A stretch of DNA of 64,000 bases, taken from contig JAFLTX010000002.1 in NCBI GenBank assembly GCA_022509145.1, positions 15,398 to 79,397 of the forward strand, written 5' to 3'. This document shows positions 1 through 8,268 of this stretch, piece by piece. The position numbers were made by a program, and so were the translations under genes. How positions within the stretch are numbered: position 1 is the first letter of the stretch; each line of letters begins with the position of its first letter. The DNA comes from Muribaculaceae bacterium. Lineage in GTDB: Bacteria > Bacteroidota > Bacteroidia > Bacteroidales > Muribaculaceae. Below the pieces are notes generated by a model, which saw only the letters and a program-made list of their open reading frames with translations, was not told the origin of the DNA and searched no databases.

Positions 1-802
1 CAGAGAGCACACCGATCGAGAGAATCGTAGTCATCGCCGCGAGGTCCCAGTTGAGCCAGTAGTGGCCGCCGCCGGAGTTCTGCTGCACCTGGATCTGCTC
101 CTCTGCAAGAGGATAGAACGTCTCGTCCATCCAGGTCACGAATCTTTCAAACTCCGGAGTGGTGCCCCATCCGTTGTAGTCGCGCAGCATCTCGGCAGCA
201 ACAGCCATCTGATACGGCTGGAAGAGGATCAGGCGCTCGTTGGAGTCGATGATCTCGCCTTTGTTGTTGCGAAGGATACCTTTGTTGACGGTGGCCCACT
301 TCATCATGATGTTTCTCGATGTATTTGCCGCGTCGGTGTTCCCCTCCAGCTTGTAGAGCAACGCCAGCTGATAGGCTGCGGCGGCGTCGCGCATGAAGTT
401 GGTGTAGTTGTTGTGGATACCCTCATACCAGAGGTCGGCTATGCCGGCATTCTCCCATCGGCCGCCCATTTGGGCCCAGTTCCCCGCGTCAAGACGGGCC
501 AGGTATTCCACCGGGTTGGCCTGATAGCTCGTGTTGCAATATTGGCTGCTTTTCAGCTTCGTCAGAGCCGATGCGTAGGGCTCTTCGCCGATGTGAGCCT
601 TCACATAGTCGAAATCTGATTGAGTGTGGAGCAGGCACGGATGATTCAGTGTATACACCTGATAAACAGGCATATCCGCCTGATTCTCCTTGTCTTCCTT
701 CCACTGTTCCCAGTCGATCGAGCCATCCTCTACTATCTCATTGCAGGAGGGCCCTGCAATGAGTAGTAAAGTCGACGCAAATGCTAAAAATATCTTTTTC
801 AT
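1..802 (-). CDS. Alginate-lyase-family (alpha/alpha toroid) lipoprotein, 3' end runs off window
   Basis: Manual translation from ATG at 802: MKKIFLAFASTLLLIAGPSC (lipobox)...LNHPCLLHTQSDFDYVK...NYTNFMRDAAAAYQLAL...HYWLNWDLAAM, open to the window edge. These motifs are typical of Bacteroidetes Alginate_lyase-family PUL proteins. Substrate not established. Confidence 0.75.
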   Translation of the reverse strand, partial: MKKIFLAFASTLLLIAGPSCNEIVEDGSIDWEQWKEDKENQADMPVYQVYTLNHPCLLHTQSDFDYVKAHIGEEPYASALTKLKSSQYCNTSYQANPVEYLARLDAGNWAQMGGRWENAGIADLWYEGIHNNYTNFMRDAAAAYQLALLYKLEGNTDAANTSRNIMMKWATVNKGILRNNKGEIIDSNERLILFQPYQMAVAAEMLRDYNGWGTTPEFERFVTWMDETFYPLAEEQIQVQQNSGGGHYWLNWDLAAMTTILSIGVLS

Positions 803-835
803 CTTATTCTTGATTTTTGCATTGTGAATCTTCCG

Positions 836-2266
836 TTATTTGCCGGCTGCTACCTCCTGCTCGGCAAATTCCTGCATATCGGCCACACTCTTGAACGTGC
901 GGATCCAGTACATCTTGAAGCTGTCGGTCGGAGTGTCGGCAATCACCATATCGGCGATCTTCAGCTGGAATGTCTTGAACCCAATATTTCCGTTCAGAGG
1001 ATATTGTGTGCGCGAGCTCCAGTCCACATAGAAGAGTGCCGAGCCGTCGTCAAGACGGATGGGGTTGCCCGTGGCGTAGCGGCCGAAGTTACATTGCGGG
1101 TTGCCGCCGCCTGTGCCGGCTACGTCTACCACATCCCATGTGTTGCGGCCTCCGTCAGGTATGGTGGCGCGAACGGCTATTACCGGATATTCGCCGAAGT
1201 TCAACACCAGAGGACTGTTGGCATCACAGGCATATCTGATGTCGGCGCGATAGTTGCTGCCCGATATAGCCATGTGGTCCAGGATATAATCATCCAAATA
1301 TTCGAAGGTAGAGCCGGTGGTTGCCGGAACCCATCCTACAAACTTGTTCTCGGGATCCCAGATGTGCCAGCCCGGAGTCACGGTGATCGTTACGTTGGCT
1401 GTCTTCCCGTTCGGACAGATTGCCGTAAGTGTACATGTGCCGAAGCCGGTGGGAACTACGCGGCCCTTCGAGGCAACGGCTACGCTCTCGTCGCTGCTGG
1501 TCCATTCCACGGTCGACGGGTTGGCGTACGACGGCAGATAAGTCACGTCGAGTTCAAACGGTTTTTCGAGACAGATCGGGTCGGTGTAGGGTGCTATCTG
1601 CACTTCCTCAACATCGGCCGACGGCGATACAGTCAGCGTGATGCTGCCGGTTATGCCCGCGGTGTCAGGGGCTTTCGTAACGGCTGTGATGGTGGCCGTA
1701 CCTTCCTTGCCGCACACCACGTTACCGTCCTCATCCACACTCATCACTTCAGGATCTGACGACGACCAGTCTACATAGCTGTAGGTATGGTCTTCCGGAA
1801 GAATCACCGGCTGAAGCTGGAATTCATCGCCCAGATAATGATACTCGGCAAGCTCTTTCACGCCTTCGATGGTCATGCTCTGCGAATAGACCACATTTTC
1901 AACCACGGTAATCTCCAGAGAGGCAGTCGCGCCGAATCCGATGCTCGGCACAGCCGACACTCTCGCGATGCCGAGGCCCACGCAATGGAGCATTCCCTCG
2001 TCGTCGATATAAGCCACGTCGGCATCGCTGGTCCTGAAGATATAGCCTTCATTTATAGCTTCTTCCGGAGCTATGCTTACCTCTAACTGCAGGTCTGCGC
2101 CCAGAGGCATTATCAGGCTTCCTTCAAAATTGAAGCTGAGCTCGCCGATAATGGTTGCCTCCTGGTGGTCCATGTCGTACATCTTGTCGTTGTCGCAAGA
2201 CACCGTTCCGGTCAGCCCGAGAGCCGCCGCGGCCACCGTCAGCAATATCTTATTTATAGATTTCAT
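836..2266 (-). CDS. Surface lipoprotein with three Big_2 Ig-like repeats and a C-terminal DUF4979-like domain (probable surface glycan-binding protein)
   Basis: Lipobox TVSC; repeated WSSSDPEVMSV/WTSSDESVAV Big_2 motifs; C-terminal YRADI...LN..EYPVIAVR...FQLKIAD region; lies downstream of susD. Confidence 0.75.
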   Translation of the reverse strand: MKSINKILLTVAAAALGLTGTVSCDNDKMYDMDHQEATIIGELSFNFEGSLIMPLGADLQLEVSIAPEEAINEGYIFRTSDADVAYIDDEGMLHCVGLGIARVSAVPSIGFGATASLEITVVENVVYSQSMTIEGVKELAEYHYLGDEFQLQPVILPEDHTYSYVDWSSSDPEVMSVDEDGNVVCGKEGTATITAVTKAPDTAGITGSITLTVSPSADVEEVQIAPYTDPICLEKPFELDVTYLPSYANPSTVEWTSSDESVAVASKGRVVPTGFGTCTLTAICPNGKTANVTITVTPGWHIWDPENKFVGWVPATTGSTFEYLDDYILDHMAISGSNYRADIRYACDANSPLVLNFGEYPVIAVRATIPDGGRNTWDVVDVAGTGGGNPQCNFGRYATGNPIRLDDGSALFYVDWSSRTQYPLNGNIGFKTFQLKIADMVIADTPTDSFKMYWIRTFKSVADMQEFAEQEVAAGK

Positions 2267-2319
2267 ATCTTTGTTCTATTTTGGATATTATCTTTTATAT
2301 CTTCTATCTCTACCGGCTG

Positions 2320-4047
2320 TTACCATCCGGGGTTCTGACCCAGATTCGGGTTAAGCTGCATCTGGTCTGACGGAAGCGGATAGAGGTAATTCTTCTGCTG
2401 GAACGAGCGTCCGCTCTCATACACCACCTGATTCTTCTCGTTGAGCGGCAGTGCGTTCTGGGCCCATTTCTCCGAGCGGGCATATTCGCCGGTGAATGTG
2501 ATGCCGCAAAGATCCATCGGCATCTCCACCTCTGCCGTCTTCCAGCGCTTCAGGTCGTCGATGCGGAACCCTTCGTTGAAGAGTTCGATCGTCCTCTCGC
2601 GACGAATCTCAGTGCGCATGTCGAGTCCGTTGCCGCTTACGAATGCGTTGGTAAGGTCAGGCATCTCGGGATTGACACGCTTGCGGGTCTTGTTGATCGA
2701 GATGGCAAGGTCTTCGTCTGAGATCTTCCCGTCGCGCTCATAGAGGGCCTCGGCATAGTTCAGAAGCACCTCGGCATAGCGGATTATAGGATAGTCGTAC
2801 GATTCCTTCCTGTCTTCCACCTGACGTTCGGCGGCATACTTGCGGGTGTAATAACCTGTGCCGCTGCTGCCGGGCTCGAAATTGGTAAAGGCACGTCCGA
2901 GGTCCGCGTCGTCGAAGGTGAGGCGGCTGTGGTTGGTGTTGTCCCAGTAGCTGGTGCCCGGCATCAGAAGCATGTTGCTGATGCGGTTGTCGCGGTTTTT
3001 CCATTCGCCCACCATCGTCTCGCCAGAGCCGTCATATTTGTTTGAAAGCTCGATGGGGAGACCGTCCTGGCAGAGGAACATATCGAAAAACTTCCTGGTC
3101 ACCAACTGTGCGTTGGCAAGCGTCTCCTTGGTGAGGTTCTGTCCGCTCGGATTGTCGATATTGTAGCAACGCGAGAAGATAAACTCGTGGTTGGCGCTCT
3201 TGGTGAGCGAAGCCGGGTTGCACTGCACGTCTTCCAGAATGAAGAGATAGCGGTAGCTCTCGGTGCCCAGCACGCCGTTGTAGAAGAGCTGGAACTTCCC
3301 GCCGTCGATCACCGTCTTGGCCGCGTCTGCTGCCTCTGTGTAGAGCTCGTTGGCCGCCGTCAGGTTGTTCTTATGAAATTTCTGCCACGAAGCCTCATAC
3401 AGCGCGGCGCGGCTCAGGAAGGCCAACGCGGCCTCTTCGCTTACGCGGCCGTCTTCAAGCTCCGACTTGCTTTTCAGATATTCAGCGGCATTGTGAAGGT
3501 CGGAGATTATAAACTGTGCCACTTCCAGACGGTCGTCGCGCTTGGCATACATAGCCGGGTCGTCGGTGTCTATCACGTGGTCTACGATGATGGCGTCGCC
3601 GAAGATGGTGAGCAGTTCATAATAGGTATAGGCGCGGAAGAAGTAGGCTTCCCCCAGAGGCTGGCGGATGTCGTTGATGTTTCCGCTGTAATCTTTGGCG
3701 CGCTCTATCAGGATGTTGCAGTAGCGGATATGGCTGTAGAACGAGGCGTAGTTGCCGGCCGTCAGCGACGAACCTGCGGGTACCGTCTGCTGCCCGTTGG
3801 AATAGATGTTGTAGCCGCCCTTGTCGAGCAATATGTCGCTGCGCTTGTCGCCGTGAGGGCCCGCCGAATAAACTATCTCGTTAAAGGAGTTGGTCCAGCC
3901 GTACATCTGATTCGCAAACGAGGCGAAATCGCCGGGCTTGTCCCATAGGTTGGCATCGCTCAACTGGTCTTTCGGCTCGAGGTCGAGACACGAGCTCATC
4001 ATCATCGCTATGCTTCCCAGAGCTATTGTCAATATATGCTTTTTCAT
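2320..4047 (-). CDS. susD: SusD/RagB family lipoprotein
   Basis: Start reassigned to MKKHILT...SSC (lipobox). Motifs GEAYFFRAY, IRYAEVLLNYAEA, RRERTIELFNEGFR, LGQNPGW. Confidence 0.95.
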   Translation of the reverse strand: MKKHILTIALGSIAMMMSSCLDLEPKDQLSDANLWDKPGDFASFANQMYGWTNSFNEIVYSAGPHGDKRSDILLDKGGYNIYSNGQQTVPAGSSLTAGNYASFYSHIRYCNILIERAKDYSGNINDIRQPLGEAYFFRAYTYYELLTIFGDAIIVDHVIDTDDPAMYAKRDDRLEVAQFIISDLHNAAEYLKSKSELEDGRVSEEAALAFLSRAALYEASWQKFHKNNLTAANELYTEAADAAKTVIDGGKFQLFYNGVLGTESYRYLFILEDVQCNPASLTKSANHEFIFSRCYNIDNPSGQNLTKETLANAQLVTRKFFDMFLCQDGLPIELSNKYDGSGETMVGEWKNRDNRISNMLLMPGTSYWDNTNHSRLTFDDADLGRAFTNFEPGSSGTGYYTRKYAAERQVEDRKESYDYPIIRYAEVLLNYAEALYERDGKISDEDLAISINKTRKRVNPEMPDLTNAFVSGNGLDMRTEIRRERTIELFNEGFRIDDLKRWKTAEVEMPMDLCGITFTGEYARSEKWAQNALPLNEKNQVVYESGRSFQQKNYLYPLPSDQMQLNPNLGQNPGW

Positions 4048-4064
4048 TGTTGTTGTCTCCTTTT

Positions 4065-7000
4065 TTAGAATGATACGTTTACGCCGAATGTGAGCGAGCG
4101 AACAAACGGATAGCGGGCCGCTGCTGTCACGGTGCGTTTTGCCTCGGGATCCCAGCCGTCGTGTATCTTGGTCCATTCCCAGATGTCCGTGCCGGTCAGA
4201 TAGACTCTCACGCTGCTGAGGATAGTCTTGCGCAGCCAGTGCGCCGGAAGGGTGTAGCCGAGGGTGATGTTTTTAAGGCGTACATAGCTGCCGTCGTTCA
4301 CACTCCAGCTCGAGCACTGATAGTTGTAGGCATTGATGTTGCCGTCGCTGGTCAGAGTGGGATAATACCCGTTCGGATTCTCAGGACTCCATACTTTTCC
4401 GATCCACTGGTTCGAGGAGTTCTGATAGGGGGTACGCATCGGGCAGGCCCAGGTGTCGTAGCCACCGCCGGTCTCGGAACGCCACACGGTGCGCTTGGCG
4501 GCTCCCTGGAAGGTCACGTTCAGGTCAAAGCCCCAGTAATCTACACCGGCGTTGAATGAGAACTGGATCTTCGGGTCGTCGGTACCGAGATATACAAGGT
4601 CGTTCTCGTCGAGCTTCCCGTCGTTGTTGATGTCTTCAAACACGTTGTCGCCGAGGCGAACGAGGTTCAGCACGCCGTTCATCGAATATTTGTCGAGGTA
4701 GCGGTCTTTGTAGAGCTCGAGTTGCTCTTCGTTCTGGATCTTCCCTGCGTATTTCAGACCGAACACTGAGTTCAGAGGATATCCCTCGCGGTCTGAAACC
4801 ACACCGGCTTTTATCGTGCCCGATCCGCCGTTGTCAAGCAGACGGTTTTCGGCATAGGTGAAGGTGGCACCTACGTGGTAGCCTACGTTGCCGATACGGT
4901 CGTTCCAGTTGATCTGGCCTTCATAACCCCAAGCCTTGAACTTACCGTAGTTAGCCGTCGGGGCTGCGTCGCCGAGGATTGCCGGGTAGGTAACGTCGAT
5001 CAGCATGTTGCCCGTGCGCTTCCAGAAGGCTTCAACCGTACCGGTCAGTCTCCCTGTGAAGAACCCGAAGTCGATACCGATGTTGTAGTTGTGTACGCGT
5101 TCCCAAGTACGGTCGGCGCTTGCAAGCTTACCGTTGGTCTTGAGATATGAGAGCAATTCGCCACCCACCAGGGCACCGCCGCCCTGCACGAAATTGTAGA
5201 GAGCAGCACCTGAATAGCGGTCGATGCCGCTCTGGTTGCCGACGTTGCCGTAGGAGGCGCGGAGCTTCAGCTCGTTGAGCCAGCTGCGGGCGCCTTCCAT
5301 CCATTTCTCTTCAATGATTCTCCAACCTGCCGATACACCCCAGAAGAATGCCCAGCGGTTTTTGGCCTGGAATTTCGAGCTGCCGTCGTAGCGGGCCTGG
5401 GCTTCGAAGAGATAGCGGTAGTCGTAGTTGTAGTTCACACGTCCGTAGTAAGACATGATCGCTTCTTCCCATTTCGCGGCCTTGTTGTTGCCGTCGATCA
5501 GGTAGACGGCGCCAGAGCCGTTGATCACGTCGAGCTCCGGCTGGATGTCTTCGGTCTTGGCGATGAAATAGTCGTAGCTCTTGAAGTTGTACTGCACACC
5601 GCCCATCACCTTGAAGTCGTGGACGTCTTTCCAGAGGTGAGCGTAGTCCAGGAAGCCCTGCACCGAATAGAAGTTGGTGCGGCTGCTGCTCTTGGCATAC
5701 GATGACTCATTCTGCATCGGGGAGGTCTTCACCACCTTTGTGCCTGCATAGTTGTAGAAATCGATGGGCTCGATTTTCACCTCGCGCGAGGCAGTGGAGG
5801 TGTTGTAGCCGAACGTAACGTTGGCATTGAATCCCGGGAGGATGTTGTATACAAACTGCTCGGAGATGTTGATTGCGCTTACCGACAGATTGTTCTCACC
5901 ACCTTTTTCCACTACCCAGTTGGGCGTCTCCCATGTACCCCATGCATACGGTTTCCCGTCGATTGTCGATGCGGGGAGACCGGGCTGCGACACACTTGCC
6001 TTCAAAGCCTCGCCGATCTGGGACGGTTGCACCTGGTCCTGGCGGTTGTAGGCTATCACCGATATCAAATGAAGGTTTTTGGTGAGGTCGAAGTTATTGT
6101 TGAGGCGCAGGTTGTAGCGCTTGTTGTTGTTCTTACCCCAGCGAAGGTTGGAGCCGTCATACATGAAGCCGCCCGAAAGTCGGAAGGTCGCCCCTTCCTT
6201 ACCGCCGGAGATAGCCAGCTCATGGGAGGTCGATACTGCGTCGCCCCACATGATGTCGTTCCAGTTGTTGTCGAAGAACACGAAGTCGGCCACATCGTTG
6301 AAGGTCTGAGCCCCGAAGGGGTTCGGCGTATTGTCGAGGTCGATGTATTGGTTGCGGTATTGCTGGGCGAGCAGGGCATATCTCAGCCATGTGTCGTCAT
6401 CACCGTAGCCGTCGTTGGGACGTGCCTGAAGCAAGCCGCCTATCCATTCGTCGAGGGTCATCAGGTTGGCTTTCAAGCCAGGACGTTTACCGGTAACCGA
6501 CCCGTTGTAGTCTACCCTCAGTTTGGCTTCCTTAGCCTTCTTGGTGGTCACCAATACCACACCGCCGGCTGCCTTCGAACCATAGATTGAGGCTGCGGCG
6601 TCTTTCAGGAAGTTGATCGACTCGATATCGCTCGGATTCAGAAGGCGCAACTCGTTTACGCTTTCATATTCCACACCGTCGATGATTACCAACGGCTCCG
6701 AGGAGTTTTTCGAAACGGCGCCGCGAAGGCTCATGCTCCAACCCTCCTCGCCGGGGGCTGCCGAGCCACGGGTGATGATCACACCGGGCACCTGGCCTTG
6801 AAGCGCCTGCACAGGGCTCGAAAGGTTACCTTTCTCCTGCATCTTCTCGCTTCCTACCGCCGTCACGGCACCCGTCATGGTGGCTTTCTTCTGTGTACCG
6901 TAACCTACCACCACCACTTCGTCGAGAACCTCGTTGTTCTCTTTCAGCTGAATCGTCATGTCGGCCGAGGTGATCTTGACGGTCTTCGGATCATATCCGA

Positions 7001-7286
7001 TGTAGCGCACCTCGAGGCTCTGACCTATCGATGCCTTGATTTCGAAGTTGCCGTCTAAGTCGGTCGCGGTCCCGTTGCTGGTGCCTTTCACCATCACGGT
7101 GGCGCCGATGAGAGGTTCGTTGTTCTCATCCAGCACCACACCTTTTATCAAGCCCGCGGTCTGGCCGGCGCTCGTGCTCTGTGCCCGAGCCTCTATCGGC
7201 AGGAAGCACACCGACAACGCCGACACCATGACTGCCCCTGACACAAGGAGCCGCCATGATAACCTGTTGCTGTTTTTAATATGCAT
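4065..7286 (-). CDS. susC: SusC/RagA TonB-dependent transporter without an N-terminal STN signalling extension
   Basis: GVVLDENNEPLIGATV, VVVVGYGTQKK, LKDAAASIYGSKAAGGVVLVTTK, C-terminal Phe. Confidence 0.96.
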   Translation of the reverse strand: MHIKNSNRLSWRLLVSGAVMVSALSVCFLPIEARAQSTSAGQTAGLIKGVVLDENNEPLIGATVMVKGTSNGTATDLDGNFEIKASIGQSLEVRYIGYDPKTVKITSADMTIQLKENNEVLDEVVVVGYGTQKKATMTGAVTAVGSEKMQEKGNLSSPVQALQGQVPGVIITRGSAAPGEEGWSMSLRGAVSKNSSEPLVIIDGVEYESVNELRLLNPSDIESINFLKDAAASIYGSKAAGGVVLVTTKKAKEAKLRVDYNGSVTGKRPGLKANLMTLDEWIGGLLQARPNDGYGDDDTWLRYALLAQQYRNQYIDLDNTPNPFGAQTFNDVADFVFFDNNWNDIMWGDAVSTSHELAISGGKEGATFRLSGGFMYDGSNLRWGKNNNKRYNLRLNNNFDLTKNLHLISVIAYNRQDQVQPSQIGEALKASVSQPGLPASTIDGKPYAWGTWETPNWVVEKGGENNLSVSAINISEQFVYNILPGFNANVTFGYNTSTASREVKIEPIDFYNYAGTKVVKTSPMQNESSYAKSSSRTNFYSVQGFLDYAHLWKDVHDFKVMGGVQYNFKSYDYFIAKTEDIQPELDVINGSGAVYLIDGNNKAAKWEEAIMSYYGRVNYNYDYRYLFEAQARYDGSSKFQAKNRWAFFWGVSAGWRIIEEKWMEGARSWLNELKLRASYGNVGNQSGIDRYSGAALYNFVQGGGALVGGELLSYLKTNGKLASADRTWERVHNYNIGIDFGFFTGRLTGTVEAFWKRTGNMLIDVTYPAILGDAAPTANYGKFKAWGYEGQINWNDRIGNVGYHVGATFTYAENRLLDNGGSGTIKAGVVSDREGYPLNSVFGLKYAGKIQNEEQLELYKDRYLDKYSMNGVLNLVRLGDNVFEDINNDGKLDENDLVYLGTDDPKIQFSFNAGVDYWGFDLNVTFQGAAKRTVWRSETGGGYDTWACPMRTPYQNSSNQWIGKVWSPENPNGYYPTLTSDGNINAYNYQCSSWSVNDGSYVRLKNITLGYTLPAHWLRKTILSSVRVYLTGTDIWEWTKIHDGWDPEAKRTVTAAARYPFVRSLTFGVNVSF

Positions 7287-7332
7287 CTCGTTGCTATGTT
7301 AAGTTATTTTTGCTGTTTTAATCGTCTCTCTA

Positions 7333-7400
7333 TGCAATTTCCTTGCTTTTAGCTGCCTTTGCTGTTTCCTTGCTTTTGCTGCGCGTGCAGTTTCCTTGCT
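7333..7400. repeat. Three direct repeats TGC(A/T)(A/G)TTTCCTTGCT between the ECF gene and susC
   Basis: Copies at 7333-7347, 7360-7374 and 7386-7400; period 26-27 bp. Confidence 0.8.
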
Positions 7401-7419
7401 ACTGCAGCCTGCGGAATTT

Positions 7420-7938
7420 CTATGCTATTGCGGCTATATAGCTTCTCACGTCTTTCCTTCCCATGCGCAGATGATTCTCAACCGTGCGGAACGAAAGCTG
7501 CAGACTGTCGGCAATATCCGCCACAGGCATATCATCAAACCTGCTCATCTTATATATGGTACGCCTTTGAGGCGGCAGGCACTCAACTCTAACCATCTCA
7601 TAGGCGGCAAGCTCGCGCGCCATATACTCCTGAAGAGGGGTCAACGGCGTGCGCTCGGTATAGGTCTTCTCCACTTCCTCGCGGGTCTCGATCCTTACGT
7701 AGAGCTTGCGCAGATAATCGTTGATGAGATTGGCGGCCACCTTATATATATATGCCAAGGCCGTCTCGGCTGCTAAAGCCACTTCACTTTCCAAAATCTT
7801 GATCCAAACGTCTTGCGCCAGGTTTTCAGCCTCTTCCTTATTCTCGATGCGCGTCCGGATATAATTCAGTATCCTGCCGGAATGGCTGCGGTACAATTCT
7901 GCTACCGTTTGGCTCTTCGTGGGCTGCTGAGTTTCCAT
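7420..7938 (-). CDS. ECF-type RNA polymerase sigma-70 factor
   Basis: Region 2 EEAENLAQDVWIKI...YIYKVAANLINDYLRK; region 4 LPPQRRTIYKMSRFDDMPVADIA...SFRTVENHL. Start set at METQQ. Confidence 0.92.
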   Translation of the reverse strand: METQQPTKSQTVAELYRSHSGRILNYIRTRIENKEEAENLAQDVWIKILESEVALAAETALAYIYKVAANLINDYLRKLYVRIETREEVEKTYTERTPLTPLQEYMARELAAYEMVRVECLPPQRRTIYKMSRFDDMPVADIADSLQLSFRTVENHLRMGRKDVRSYIAAIA

Positions 7939-8015
7939 GTCGTTTGAGTTTTTTCTGGTCTTCGGTCCACTTTCACTTTGATTCGCTGTATACCTCTGAA
8001 AAATGAACCACGCCG

Positions 8016-8023
8016 CAAAATTA
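8016..8023 (-). promoter_or_regulatory. Bacteroidetes housekeeping promoter -7 element (TAATTTTG) for the ECF-susCD operon
   Basis: Matches TAnnTTTG about 80 nt upstream of the ECF start; (G/A)TCTCAAA direct repeats lie further upstream (~8128-8160). Confidence 0.55.
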
Positions 8024-8268
8024 CACCTCCTCAAACAATATGTCAATTAATTTTTACCCCTATATGTATCTTTTTATTATTTTAGACATCTAATTTTCCA
8101 TCCTTTTAATCCTCAACGTTTTAAGAATTTGAGATTTTAAGTTTCATAAAAATTTGAGACTTCAAGATTTCAACATTTTCTCTCTCTTTTCTATATGTGG
8201 AGCCTGTCTCCCCCTCTTTCTTACGGGGTTAGAATCTCCCCTTTCTCACGCCCGAGAACCCTTCCGCC

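Noticed and set aside
7333-7400. Possible mini-CRISPR array (also the 9-bp arrays)
   Set aside because: Repeats and spacers are far too short and there are no cas genes.
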